54,859 bases of DNA from Candidatus Firestoneibacteriota bacterium. GTDB taxonomy: Bacteria > Oederibacteriota > D2-FULL-39-29 > JBDRBU01. The notes under the pieces were generated by a model. The model had not been told where the DNA came from, searched no databases, and saw nothing but the letters and a program-made list of their open reading frames with translations. Location of the stretch: assembly GCA_043822305.1 (NCBI GenBank), contig JBDRBU010000107.1, forward strand, positions 1-54,859, in the 5' to 3' direction. A program made the translations under genes and the position numbers. Shown here one piece after another: positions 38,125-48,217 of the stretch (the first letter of the stretch is position 1; every line of letters starts with the position of its first letter).

Positions 38125-38895
38125 TCACTTTTTTCCTGCTAAATCAATATTAATCCCCATTAGCAATTCATCAATATATGAATCATCTATTTTTTCAAAG
38201 TAATAAATCATCCCCAATTTATTTTCCTTCTCTTTCTGCGATAATCTCCAATTTTCCAATATATTCTTTTTGGAAATAGGTTTTCTTATTTCTTTTTGTT
38301 TTATAAGTTCAATAATATCTTTTAAGTCAATCTTAAAATATTTAAAAATTAAACACAAATCATAAAAATCACGATATAAAGCCCTTTCACTCATTGCCCT
38401 GATTTTTTCAGCACAAATTTCTTTAATATCCATAACACTCACGCTTGTTTTTATACCCCAAACATTTTTGTATTCAAGATGTTTTACCGGAAGAACAACA
38501 TTCTGAATAAAATCAATTTCAACTTTCAGGGAATTCGGTAATCCTAACGGTCCGTCATATTTCAACCTTTCAATTTTTATGGTCGCTTTTGAAACATAAT
38601 CCTTTTTTACTTCCAAAAAATCTTGTGATTCAAGAACCGTTTTCACCTCATGAAGCGATATTGATTTATCTATGGAAGTAAAATCAAGGTCTTCTGAAAA
38701 ACGTGACTGCGGAATATAGCAATGGTGTATTGCCGTCCCTCCCTTAAAAACAATTTTATCTTTTAAGGATGATTCATAAATAATCTTTAACACTACAGCA
38801 AGGAAATAATCCTTTTCCGCATCAGCAAGTTTATAATTGAAACTACGTTTGTTAAGTAAACTTAATTGAGTCTTATCTAACAATTTTATCGTCAA
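38125..38895 (-). CDS. AbiEii/AbiGii nucleotidyltransferase toxin (type IV TA)
   Basis: AEKDY, FKGGTAI, RFSEDLDF, AEKIRAM.ER...RDFYDL. Confidence 0.92.
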   Translation of the reverse strand: MTIKLLDKTQLSLLNKRSFNYKLADAEKDYFLAVVLKIIYESSLKDKIVFKGGTAIHHCYIPQSRFSEDLDFTSIDKSISLHEVKTVLESQDFLEVKKDYVSKATIKIERLKYDGPLGLPNSLKVEIDFIQNVVLPVKHLEYKNVWGIKTSVSVMDIKEICAEKIRAMSERALYRDFYDLCLIFKYFKIDLKDIIELIKQKEIRKPISKKNILENWRLSQKEKENKLGMIYYFEKIDDSYIDELLMGINIDLAGKK

Positions 38896-39646
38896 AGTAC
38901 AACCTCCATTTCGAATTAAATACTTTCGAATCCTTGGTCATTTTGCTATAACTTGTTTTGCCTGAAATTAATTTATATAAATCATTAGTACTAATATCTA
39001 ATTTATCAAGAAAAAAACCTATTTGTCTGATAACATCATAATTAAATTTACTGGCATATTCTTTAAGCAGGTTAAAATCAAAATCATTTTTATATTCATT
39101 TAATTTTTGCCATACCAAACCGGCATAGTATTCATTTGAACGAAAATACAAAATATCTAGAATTGCTTTCTCTTTTTTTGCAATATTTACTATTCCAACA
39201 TCCCCTCGCTCTCCAGAAAAACCAAAATACAAGTTCCCGCTTATCTTAAAAAATTTAATTTCAACATTTCTCATTTTATATCTGCGCGCCCTTTTAAAAG
39301 TAATCGCACTTACAGTAGAAAGCATCTGGTCAAAAACACCATGGTATTGGAGAGCATTTTCAAAAGACACATATGAATCTTTATTTAAAGCAGAGATTAT
39401 ATCATACTCCGATACATTATTTGTATTCAAACTCCCGATATCCGTAATTACAACATACAAACCTTTTTTAATTCTAAACAACCATCCGGCTTTTGTCAGA
39501 ATCGATACCCTTTTCTTTACTTCAATTGCAGAATACTCTTTTTTAAAGATTTCTTTTAATTGATTAAAAGACGCAATACGGCCATAACGGAGAATCACAT
39601 CCTCCAATAAAAGAGTATCCTTTCTATTTAAAATGGTGTTTTTCAT
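38873..39646 (-). CDS. AbiEi antitoxin/transcriptional regulator (type IV TA)
   Basis: wHTH with GWLFRIKKGLY, SYVSFENALQYHG..DQ, YFGF, EKAILD; overlaps the toxin gene. Confidence 0.88.
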   Translation of the reverse strand: MKNTILNRKDTLLLEDVILRYGRIASFNQLKEIFKKEYSAIEVKKRVSILTKAGWLFRIKKGLYVVITDIGSLNTNNVSEYDIISALNKDSYVSFENALQYHGVFDQMLSTVSAITFKRARRYKMRNVEIKFFKISGNLYFGFSGERGDVGIVNIAKKEKAILDILYFRSNEYYAGLVWQKLNEYKNDFDFNLLKEYASKFNYDVIRQIGFFLDKLDISTNDLYKLISGKTSYSKMTKDSKVFNSKWRLYFDDKIVR

Positions 39647-39684
39647 AACCACATAGCATCCTTATATATCCACTATCTGGTAAT

Positions 39685-39713
39685 AGCATACACAATATTT
39701 ACAAATTATGCAA
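39685..39713 (-). promoter_or_regulatory. Putative sigma70 promoter of the abiE operon
   Basis: TTGCAT-17bp-TATGCT. Confidence 0.5.
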
Positions 39714-39722
39714 CACATTATT

Positions 39723-39743
39723 AAAGGGGACAGCATCTTATTT
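39723..39743. repeat. GGGACA-core palindromic repeat (degenerate)
   Basis: AAAGGGGACAGCATCTTATTT, abutting the stop of the upstream gene. Confidence 0.55.
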
Positions 39744-40296
39744 AATAGGGTCTGTTCATATTAGTATCTTTAACATCAAAATATTCTGGATTATATTCTC
39801 CTAACCACTCCACCATCTTATTATACTCATTGTTTTTTGGATCTTTAATAATTTCTAATAAATTTTCATAACCACCAATACCTCCACAATCTTCAGGTGG
39901 ACAATTCCTTTTGCCATCAAGACATATTGGATATCTTTTATCTTTTTCAAAAGGTAATATTTTTTCTAATAAAATTTCATGTTCCCATCCATCTCCAAAA
40001 TCATATTCATATATCATTTTATTTTTTTCATTTTCAAGCAAATCAGATAGTTTTATTTTTGAATAATCAATTATCTCCATATCGTCCCCATCATCTTCTG
40101 ATGGCAGACTATAAAATTGACCATTATAAATAAATTGATGAAGATGTGAATTTGACCACCCCATTACAGTTTGTATTATTCTATGTAAACTTGATAATAA
40201 TAAATCTTTATTAACCAAAACTCGTCTCCATATGGGTGGTCTGCTATATTTTAAAGTAATTTTTAATTGATAAATATTATTCATTTTGCTATTCAT
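39742..40296 (-). CDS. Plasmid pRiA4b ORF-3 (MM3350-like) family protein
   Basis: IYQLKITL..S.PPIWRR, MGWSNSHLHQF, YEYDFGDGWEH, CPPEDCGG.GGY; AGGAGG RBS before ATG 40296. Confidence 0.92.
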   Translation of the reverse strand: MNSKMNNIYQLKITLKYSRPPIWRRVLVNKDLLLSSLHRIIQTVMGWSNSHLHQFIYNGQFYSLPSEDDGDDMEIIDYSKIKLSDLLENEKNKMIYEYDFGDGWEHEILLEKILPFEKDKRYPICLDGKRNCPPEDCGGIGGYENLLEIIKDPKNNEYNKMVEWLGEYNPEYFDVKDTNMNRPY

Positions 40297-40328
40297 AACT
40301 TTATTACACCTCCTATAAATCCCCGTAC

Positions 40329-40424
40329 AATTCCCCCTTATCAAAGGGGGTGAGGGGGTTGTTCTATTACCTTGACTTTGGAGTGCAAAATCGGTGATTT
40401 TACATATACAACAACATCGTTGTG
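40329..40424. repeat. Composite repeat: CCCCCTT element copy 2 (40329..40366) joined to an inverted GGAGTGC element copy 2 (40366..40424)
   Basis: Matches 35116..35153 directly and 216..285 as the reverse complement. Confidence 0.85.
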
Positions 40425-40438
40425 TCTATTTCATTTTT

Positions 40439-41164
40439 CTAAATTTCATTAAATTCATGCATTATTAAAGAAACTGTTACTACTCCTGCTGTATCCACTC
40501 TTAAAATCCTATTTCCTAAAGAGACCGGAATAACTCCATATTCTTTAGCCAAATTAATCTCATTATATGAAAATCCACCTTCAGGACCAATAAAAATTAT
40601 AATCTTTTTAGCCTTTTTATCTTTTAATACATCCGATAATCTTTCTCCCTTAAATACTTCCCAGGGTATCAAGGCTAAATCCCAATTTTTAAGATTACTT
40701 AAAATATCCTTAAATTCCATTTCTTCTTTAATCAAAGGAATATCTGTTCTACCCGACTGCTTGGCAGATTCTTCTGCTATTTTTTCCCATCTTAATATTT
40801 TATTAGGAGAGATCTCTCTAACGATTACCCTTTCTGTAATCATCGGAATAATTTCTTTTACTCCAAGTTCTGTTGTCATCCTTATTATAGTTTCCATCTT
40901 ATCTTTCTTTGGAACTGCTTGAGCAAGCGTTATAGATACAAAAGGTTCTTTCAATACTTTTTTCTTATCAACTATCTTACCTACTACTTTATCTTTCTCT
41001 ACAGATTCTAACTTAACCATATACTCGGTAGATGTTCCATCAACAACAATCACCTGGTCGCCTGTTTTCAATCTTAATACATTTCTTATATGTCCAACAT
41101 CACTTCCAGAAATCGTTATCTTATTATTCTTAATTTCACCTGGATTTACAAAAAATCTATTCAT
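40439..41164 (-). CDS. rsmE: 16S rRNA m3U1498 methyltransferase
   Basis: HIRNVLRL, TELGV, ESAKQSGR, IGPEGGFS, SLGNRILR. Confidence 0.95.
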   Translation of the reverse strand: MNRFFVNPGEIKNNKITISGSDVGHIRNVLRLKTGDQVIVVDGTSTEYMVKLESVEKDKVVGKIVDKKKVLKEPFVSITLAQAVPKKDKMETIIRMTTELGVKEIIPMITERVIVREISPNKILRWEKIAEESAKQSGRTDIPLIKEEMEFKDILSNLKNWDLALIPWEVFKGERLSDVLKDKKAKKIIIFIGPEGGFSYNEINLAKEYGVIPVSLGNRILRVDTAGVVTVSLIMHEFNEI

Positions 41165-41171
41165 AAATGAC

Positions 41172-42278
41172 CTATTTAAACAAATTTTTCATTTTTTTGA
41201 AAAAACTTTCTTTTACTGGATAATTTTCGCCGCTAATTTTCGCAAATTCAATTAGTAACTGCCTTTGCTTCTCGCTAAGATTAGTAGGAACTTCTATAAC
41301 TACCCGGACTAATTGGTCTCCCTTTTCATTTCTTTTTAAATCTGTAATTCCTTTATTTTTTAATCTAAAAACCTTTTCTGAATGTGTTCCTGGAGGAATT
41401 TTCATTTCCATAGGGCCATTTAAGGATGGAACTTCTATTTCAGCACCAAGTGCTGCTTCAGTAAAACTTATTGGGACCTCACATATAATATTATTCCCAT
41501 CTCTCTCAAAAATTGGATGCTTATCAACATGTAAAACTATGTATAAATCGCCGATTCTCCCACCTCTTTCACCTGCTTCTCCTTCTTTTGATAACCTTAA
41601 TGTAGAACCATCATCAACACCAGCCGGAATATTAACTCTTATTTTTTTAACATCTTTTACTCTGCCTTCACCTTCACAGACATCACAAGGAGATGATATT
41701 ATCTTGCCTTCACCATTACATTTATTACAAGTCTGACTTATACTAAAGAAACCTTGAGAATAAATAACCGCACCTCGACCATTACATTTTGGACATGTCT
41801 TTAAAGCAGTTCCTTTACTTGCCCCTGTTCCACTACAATGTTTACAAACTACCATTCTCGAAACATCTATTAATCTTTCAACACCATTTACGGCTTCATT
41901 AAATGTAATATCCAAATCATATCTTAAATCCCTGCCAGATGCACCTCTTTTACTTTCTTTTGTTCCACCAAAGAATCCCTCAAACATACCTTCAAACATA
42001 CCACTAAACCTTTCAAATGGATTAAAGTCAGCATCATACCTAAAACCAGAAGAACTTAATCCGTCATGTCCATATGTATCGTATATTTCTCTCTTGTGGG
42101 AGTCAGAAAGCACATCATAGGCAACACTAATTTCTTTGAATTTTTCCTCACTTTGCTTACTACCAGGATTAGCATCAGGATGATACATTTTGGCAAGTTG
42201 TCTAAAGGCCTTCTTTATATCATCTAAAGATGTATTTCTGTGTACTCCAAGTATCTCATAATAATCTTTTTTATTCAT
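41172..42278 (-). CDS. dnaJ: Chaperone DnaJ
   Basis: J domain with HPD, four CxxCxGxG zinc-finger repeats, C-terminal GDLY/GDQLV. Confidence 0.96.
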   Translation of the reverse strand: MNKKDYYEILGVHRNTSLDDIKKAFRQLAKMYHPDANPGSKQSEEKFKEISVAYDVLSDSHKREIYDTYGHDGLSSSGFRYDADFNPFERFSGMFEGMFEGFFGGTKESKRGASGRDLRYDLDITFNEAVNGVERLIDVSRMVVCKHCSGTGASKGTALKTCPKCNGRGAVIYSQGFFSISQTCNKCNGEGKIISSPCDVCEGEGRVKDVKKIRVNIPAGVDDGSTLRLSKEGEAGERGGRIGDLYIVLHVDKHPIFERDGNNIICEVPISFTEAALGAEIEVPSLNGPMEMKIPPGTHSEKVFRLKNKGITDLKRNEKGDQLVRVVIEVPTNLSEKQRQLLIEFAKISGENYPVKESFFKKMKNLFK

Positions 42279-42279
42279 A

Positions 42280-42912
42280 TTATTTTTTCTCCTCTTTCCC
42301 TTCCTTCACTTCCTCCACTTCTTCCACTTCCTTCACTTCTTTTTTCTTCGCTATTTTCACCATGGCTGGTCTTATTACCATATCTTTAAAATTATAACCA
42401 CTTCTCAACTCCTCTATGATCATACCATCTTCTTTATCCTTATCAGTCTCAACAATATTTACAACCTCATGCTCATTAGGATTAAAATATAACCCGTGTG
42501 TTTGTTGTTTTTTTAATCCCTCTTTCTCTAAAACTTCTTTCAAATTATTATAAATCAATTTAATACCTCTAATAAAGTTTTTATCTAATTTACTATTGTC
42601 GATTTTTAACGCTATCTCAAAATTATCAAGAACTGGAAGTATATTTAAAACAAGTGAAGATGTAGCATACTTTAAAAAGTCTTCTCTTCCTTTATTTATT
42701 ATTTTTTTAAGATTATCCATTTCGGCTAAGGATCTTAAATACTTATCTTTGTATTCGGATAATTCATTTTGCAATTTACTTAATTCATCTATCTCTTTTA
42801 TCTCTTCTTTCACTTCTTTCTCTTCTTTTTCTTCTTTATTTACTTCTTCCACTTTGCCAACATCCTCCACTTCTTTTACTTTTTCCACTTCTTCCGCTTC
42901 TTCTTCCTTCAT
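42280..42912 (-). CDS. grpE: Nucleotide exchange factor GrpE with repeat-derived E/V/K tails
   Basis: [27 protein letters not shown]...VIRPAMV. Confidence 0.93.
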   Translation of the reverse strand: MKEEEAEEVEKVKEVEDVGKVEEVNKEEKEEKEVKEEIKEIDELSKLQNELSEYKDKYLRSLAEMDNLKKIINKGREDFLKYATSSLVLNILPVLDNFEIALKIDNSKLDKNFIRGIKLIYNNLKEVLEKEGLKKQQTHGLYFNPNEHEVVNIVETDKDKEDGMIIEELRSGYNFKDMVIRPAMVKIAKKKEVKEVEEVEEVKEGKEEKK

Positions 42913-42924
42913 ATTTATCTCCAC

Positions 42925-42944
42925 AAATAGGGGCAGCCCTATTT
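42925..42944. repeat. GGG(A)CA-core palindromic repeat
   Basis: AAATAGGGGCAGCCCTATTT. Confidence 0.65.
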
Positions 42945-42970
42945 TTTTTCCTTAAATTTTCAAAGGATTC

Positions 42971-43010
42971 ATTCGTCGCATATTCGTCGCATATTCGTTG
43001 CATTCGTCTC
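42971..43010. repeat. Short tandem repeat (ATTCGTCGCAT-like, ~4 units)
   Basis: attcgtcgcat attcgtcgcat attcgttgc attcgtctc. Confidence 0.7.
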
Positions 43011-43012
43011 AT

Positions 43013-44136
43013 CTATTTCAAAACATAAAAAGTATTTTTACCTTTGCCTAACCTCTCAACAATCCCAGATCTCTGTAATTCTATCAATTCTCTCACCACT
43101 GTGTCTTTTGACAATTTTAATAATTCTACAGTCTCTTTCCTGTTTATTCTCTTGTTTTCTTTCAAGTAATCAACAATTTTTCTTTGTCGTTCTGTTAATT
43201 CTTTCAATATTTCATCACTAATATGATATTTTCTAAATGTTACGACAAAGTCTCCTGCAACCTCTTCAAACAAAGGTTCAGGCAAATTATGTTTCTTGCA
43301 CCATTTAATTATTCTATTTGTTCCGGTTCCCCATTCTTCAATATATTTTATTAGAAAGAAGCATTTGCCTATTAAAGGATTTCTCAAAATAGATTTATGT
43401 TTTCTCTTCAAATTTTCAGGTGTAAGCGGTTCTGGAAGATGACCACATCCCCATATCTCAAGACGGTCATCAAATACTCTGCAGCCTTTATCTCTGACTG
43501 TAGGATAAACTTCTGTGAGTTTTTACCAAAAAGAAGTATGGCTGCATTAGTTAATTTACCATTAACAATGAGATTAAGTTTTTCCAGTGCTTCTTTTAAT
43601 GAAATTTGCAAACTAAATTCCAATCGTCTTTCTACTTTTGCTAATTCTAAAAATTTTTTTATAGTATCTTTATCAAGGTCATTTATTCTAACTGATTTAC
43701 AAATTTCCGAATCAAAGTATAATTTTTCTTTATGTTTTTCTAATATCCTTTTCTCATATTCATCTTTGCTCATTCTCACAGTGGATTTCCCTATTCTCTT
43801 AAATGGTCTACCAAAAGCTAAAACAAGTTTATCAGTTGACTCTTTAACCTCTATAACAAGAATTTGTTTATCTTGTATTGATTTTATTGAAATCTTTGGA
43901 TAAGCCCTTGGATCAGTATTCGTAATTATTTTATTCACTAAATCTTCAATCGTATCTTTACCTTTTTTCACACCTCTAATTTCACCCGCATTTGTTATCC
44001 CAACAAATATTTTCCCACCACTTGTATTAGAAAATGCTGATACTGTTTCAATAATTTCTTTCCATTCACTTACCGATTCCTTAAATTCTATTATTTCTGA
44101 TTCTTCCAGTTTGGAAATATTTTCTTTTATAGTCAT
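43013..44136 (-). pseudogene. AlbA_2 (Schlafen-like) + HATPase_c_4 + wHTH protein ('ATP-dependent DNA helicase RecG-like'), broken by an internal deletion and frameshift
   Basis: The N-part has EFKES, SAFSNTSGGKIFVGI and LTNAAILLFGK. At ~43480 the alternative frame resumes RVFDDRLEIWGCG.LP...RNPLI...IEEWGTG and the HTH. The EYP..ALREA..NA..HRDY segment is missing. Confidence 0.8.
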
Positions 44137-44570
44137 TTGTAAAACTCCTGTCTTAAATTTTTAATTTGAATTAACCGCTGATTTTTATTTTTTTTACGCA
44201 TGGTTATATTTATGCAATTAGCCGGCAAAAGTTCTCTTATCTTATCCGCCCATTCAATTATTGTTACTCCATCTCCATAAAAGTACTCTTCATAACCTAA
44301 TCTTTCTAATTCTTTGAAGTTTTTTATCCTGTAGCAATCAAAGTGATATACATTCAATATTCCTTTATATTCATTAATTATCATAAATGTTGGACTTTTT
44401 ACATCGGAATCTAAACCCATTCCCTTTACTATTCCTTTAGTTAAATAAGTTTTACCAACACCTAATTCTCCAATCAAAGAAACAATATCTCCTTTTTTTA
44501 AAAGAACCCCAATCTTTTCTCCGAGTTTAATGGTTTCCTTTTCATTATTAGTTTTGAGCAAAGTGGTCAT
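44133..44570 (-). CDS. tsaE: tRNA t6A biosynthesis ATPase
   Basis: GELGVGKT, VKSPTF, YHFDCYR, IIEWA. Confidence 0.95.
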   Translation of the reverse strand: MTTLLKTNNEKETIKLGEKIGVLLKKGDIVSLIGELGVGKTYLTKGIVKGMGLDSDVKSPTFMIINEYKGILNVYHFDCYRIKNFKELERLGYEEYFYGDGVTIIEWADKIRELLPANCINITMRKKNKNQRLIQIKNLRQEFYK

Positions 44571-45501
44571 ATCCTTTAGCCCTTAGTTTTTCTCTCTTTC
44601 CGTTTTTATTTATAATTGCAACTCCAAATTTTTTTGAGACTATCCTGCCTAAGACACTAACTTTTACATTATTTCTTGCCAATCGTAAAGTATTAAATAA
44701 ATTCTCTGGACTTACTGTAAACAGTAGTTCATAATCCTCGCCGCCGTTTAAAGCAAGCTGATGTGCATTTTTTTTATAAAGTTTTGCTGCCTTTAAAGTA
44801 TGATTTGATATGGGTATATTATTTTCAAAAATTTCAGCACCAACATTACTTTCAACAACAATATGATTAATTTCACTACTTAACCCATCACTTATATCTA
44901 TCATCGCATTTACTAAATTATGCCGGACAAGTTCTCTAACAAAATCTAATCTTATTTCAGGAATATAAATTTTATTTTCAAGTAAATGAGATGCACCATC
45001 GCCCAAAAAACCAGTTACCAGAATATAATCATCAACTTTTGCACTGCTTCTAAGTAAAAATTTGCCTTTCTCAATCTCTCCAAGAAGAGATATATTAATC
45101 ACTACTTTGTGTGAAAAAACTGTATCACCGCCTATTAAATCAATATTAAACTCCCGGCAAACATTTTGAATTCCTTTATATAAACTCTTTACAAATCCGA
45201 CAGTAATGGTCCTGGGTAAACCAATAGAGACTAAAGCATATCTGGGTATGCCTCCCATTGAAACTATATCACTCACATTTACTAACATGGATTTCTTACC
45301 TAGAAGATAAGGGGAAAATTTCAAAATAAAATGTACATCTTCAACTAACATATCTGTTGTAGCCATTAATAATTTTTTTGAATCTTCCCTGACAACAGCA
45401 CAGTCATCACCTAGACCCACTAAAACTCTTTTATCGTTTAATTTCACGGATTTTCTTATTAAATCTATTATTTTAAATTCTCCAATCCTGCTTAATTTCA
45501 T
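44548..45501 (-). CDS. thiL: Thiamine-monophosphate kinase
   Basis: GEF..I, GDDCAV, TDMLVEDVHF, NVSDIVSMGG, GGDT, IDISDGL, GGEDYELLFT, GYDHF. Confidence 0.95.
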   Translation of the reverse strand: MKLSRIGEFKIIDLIRKSVKLNDKRVLVGLGDDCAVVREDSKKLLMATTDMLVEDVHFILKFSPYLLGKKSMLVNVSDIVSMGGIPRYALVSIGLPRTITVGFVKSLYKGIQNVCREFNIDLIGGDTVFSHKVVINISLLGEIEKGKFLLRSSAKVDDYILVTGFLGDGASHLLENKIYIPEIRLDFVRELVRHNLVNAMIDISDGLSSEINHIVVESNVGAEIFENNIPISNHTLKAAKLYKKNAHQLALNGGEDYELLFTVSPENLFNTLRLARNNVKVSVLGRIVSKKFGVAIINKNGKREKLRAKGYDHFAQN

Positions 45502-45513
45502 ATTTTCTTTCCC

Positions 45514-46659
45514 TTACTTATTCTTTTGAAATTTCAACCAAAGTTTAACAAGAAAGCTATATTTAAGTTCTACGGCTTTATGTGGACATAATTCATAACA
45601 GCAAAAACATTCTATACATTTCTTCCTATCAACTTTTGGAAAACCATTTGGATAAGTAATAGCATTTACTGGACATGTCTTCCCGCATAGACCACATTTT
45701 TTACATGTTTTTTCTTCAAACTCAGGTTTAGCCGTAACAAAACTGTAATAAATTTGAGCCAGTATTCCCAATATTTTATTTTCAAAGATTTTTTTCGTTA
45801 ATTTTTGTCCACACAAAGAAGCAGGTAATTTAAAATTCGGGATTTTAATCAACTCTAAATTTTCACCTACTAATTCATTGCCTTCGGGTACGAATCCTTC
45901 CTTATATGCTTCGTTAAGCATCCCAATATTATTGGGGTCATAACCCATTATTTTTACCATGACTGTATCTAAAGCCACACAATCAGAACTCATTAGAATT
46001 AATCCAATTTTACGAGGGTTGCCACTAGAAGGGCCATTTCCTTCCATGCCTACTATGCCGTCCATTATACTTAAAGCAGGTTTAACTACCTTTAAAATAT
46101 TTATAAGTACTTTTGAAAATGCCTCGGCACTCGGATAATCCCTATGAAAAGACGCTTTATGCCATCCTGGAACCAAACCAAACAGATTTTTAATACTTCC
46201 TGTTATCCCGGTTAAACTATGTGTTTTAAATTTAGGTAAATTTATAATAACATTAAAATCATGTATTGCTTTTGATATGGCAATACCATTAAAAATTTCG
46301 CTTCCTCTTTTTTCAAGATAAACTAATTCAGTATTTGTTTCATCTGCTACCCGTCTCATTCCTGTTTTTTCCCAGATCTTTTCAATCCCAATGACAATGG
46401 CTCCAGGACAGTCTCCTATAAATGGAATTCCTCCAATTTCTTTTACACATTTTACAACGGCTTTAACAATTGCTGGGTGTGTGGTAATACCTTCTGATGG
46501 CAAATAAGCAGACAAAAGATTTGGTTTTAATAATACCCTGTCACCTGGTTTAATTATACTACTTAGACCACCTATTAAAGATATACCTCTTCTAATGGCT
46601 AATTCTACTTTTTCTTCATCGTAATCATTACATTTTACTATGGCTACTTTAGGTTTCAT
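45514..46659 (-). CDS. DUF362 family protein with C-terminal 2x[4Fe-4S] ferredoxin domain
   Basis: VLLKPNLL, TTHP, PKFKTH, KNLFG, MEGNGPS.G; CKKCGLCGKTCP and CIECFCCYELCP. Confidence 0.9.
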   Translation of the reverse strand: MKPKVAIVKCNDYDEEKVELAIRRGISLIGGLSSIIKPGDRVLLKPNLLSAYLPSEGITTHPAIVKAVVKCVKEIGGIPFIGDCPGAIVIGIEKIWEKTGMRRVADETNTELVYLEKRGSEIFNGIAISKAIHDFNVIINLPKFKTHSLTGITGSIKNLFGLVPGWHKASFHRDYPSAEAFSKVLINILKVVKPALSIMDGIVGMEGNGPSSGNPRKIGLILMSSDCVALDTVMVKIMGYDPNNIGMLNEAYKEGFVPEGNELVGENLELIKIPNFKLPASLCGQKLTKKIFENKILGILAQIYYSFVTAKPEFEEKTCKKCGLCGKTCPVNAITYPNGFPKVDRKKCIECFCCYELCPHKAVELKYSFLVKLWLKFQKNK

Positions 46660-48215
46660 TTAATATCCTTCATAATCTCTTTTATAGCCTTTGGAATATT
46701 TTCAACAACATCCGAGGCAATCATTCCATATTCAGTTTTAGATTCTCTGGCCATATCACCGGCAAGTCCATGTAAATACACACCAATCATGGACCCATTT
46801 AAGACATTCACCCCTTGAGCTATAATTCCGGCAATCATTCCGGTTAAAACATCTCCTGTGCCGGCCGTAGCCAGACCTGAATTTCCTGTGGAATTTATAA
46901 AAACATTACCGGCTGGGTGAGCTACGACTGTTCTTGCTCCCTTTAAAATTAGAATCACATTATATTTTTTTGCAAAATCCCTGGCAACCTCAATTCTATT
47001 TGACTGCACATCTTCTATGGTTATATTAGCCAACCTACTCATCTCGCCTGGATGTGGTGTTAGAATAAAAGGGGCTTTTTTGTTCTTTAAGACTGACACA
47101 TTACCTGAAATTAAATTTAAACCATCGGCATCTAATACTACAGGAATCCTGATCTCTCTGATTAAATTCCTGACTAATTGTCCAGTCTCTTTATCTCTTC
47201 CTAATCCAGGTCCTAAAACTAAAACATCATGATTTTTACTCATATTTAAAATATAACTTTCTGAATTTAATCCAAGTGCTCTATTGGAATTCTCAGGTAA
47301 TGGTTTAGATATAACTTCTGTCAGTTTGACTTCTATAATATCATTTAAACTTGCAGGAATTCCTAATGTTACTAAACCACATCCTGTTCTTAATGCTGAA
47401 AGACCGGCTAAACATGGTGCACCCGTTAAACCAACACTACCACCTATAATTAGTACTTTACCCGCAGAGCCTTTATTACAATCCGGGATTCTTTTTGGAA
47501 ATATATTAAGCAAGTCTTCTTTTACTATAAAATTAAGTTGAATATCATCCGATTCAATTAAATCTTTAGGAATTCCAATGTCCTTTACTATTAACTTACC
47601 AGTATAACTTGCCCCAGGATAAATTAGTGTTCCTACTTTCATAATTCCCAGAGTAACAGTATAATCTGCTTTTATACATGAACTTATAACTTGCCCATTA
47701 TTTGCATTTAGCCCGGACGGGAGGTCAACTGAGACAACGATAGTCTCAAGTGTATTAACATAGTCTATTAACTTGGCCAGTAGTCCTGTAACTGCACCCG
47801 TAAAACCAGTTCCAAGTAAAGCATCTATAATAATATCATCCATCTTAATTTCAGATTCTATTTCAGCCAAATCTTTAAAATTAGCAACTTCATTCACTGT
47901 CACTTTTTCTTTTAACAATTTATTTAAATTTATCTTAACATCTTTTTTTAATTCCTCTTTCTTCGCAAACAAAAACACCCTTACCTTCACTTTCATATGT
48001 GTTAGCCATCTGGCTATAACTAAACCATCTCCACCATTATTTCCTTTTCCACAAAGAATACAAATTTTCTTCTTTTTAAAATCAGGGAATTCTTGTTTTA
48101 AAAAATCCACAACTCCCTTACCGGCATTTTCCATTAAATCTATACTTGGTATTTTAAATTTAACGATTGCTTTTGTATCGATTTTTCTCATATCTTCACC
48201 ATTAACTACTTTCAC
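46656..48215 (-). CDS. nnr: Bifunctional NAD(P)HX epimerase/dehydratase
   Basis: LMENAG, GKGNNGGDG, DALLGTG, DLPSG; GPGLG, DADGL, TPHPGE, GLATAGTGDVL. Confidence 0.95.
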   Translation of the reverse strand: MKVVNGEDMRKIDTKAIVKFKIPSIDLMENAGKGVVDFLKQEFPDFKKKKICILCGKGNNGGDGLVIARWLTHMKVKVRVFLFAKKEELKKDVKINLNKLLKEKVTVNEVANFKDLAEIESEIKMDDIIIDALLGTGFTGAVTGLLAKLIDYVNTLETIVVSVDLPSGLNANNGQVISSCIKADYTVTLGIMKVGTLIYPGASYTGKLIVKDIGIPKDLIESDDIQLNFIVKEDLLNIFPKRIPDCNKGSAGKVLIIGGSVGLTGAPCLAGLSALRTGCGLVTLGIPASLNDIIEVKLTEVISKPLPENSNRALGLNSESYILNMSKNHDVLVLGPGLGRDKETGQLVRNLIREIRIPVVLDADGLNLISGNVSVLKNKKAPFILTPHPGEMSRLANITIEDVQSNRIEVARDFAKKYNVILILKGARTVVAHPAGNVFINSTGNSGLATAGTGDVLTGMIAGIIAQGVNVLNGSMIGVYLHGLAGDMARESKTEYGMIASDVVENIPKAIKEIMKDIK

Positions 48216-48217
48216 AA

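Noticed and set aside
43470-43490. Programmed frameshift in the AlbA_2/RecG-like gene
   Set aside because: There is no slippery sequence and a conserved block is missing; a deletion explains it better.
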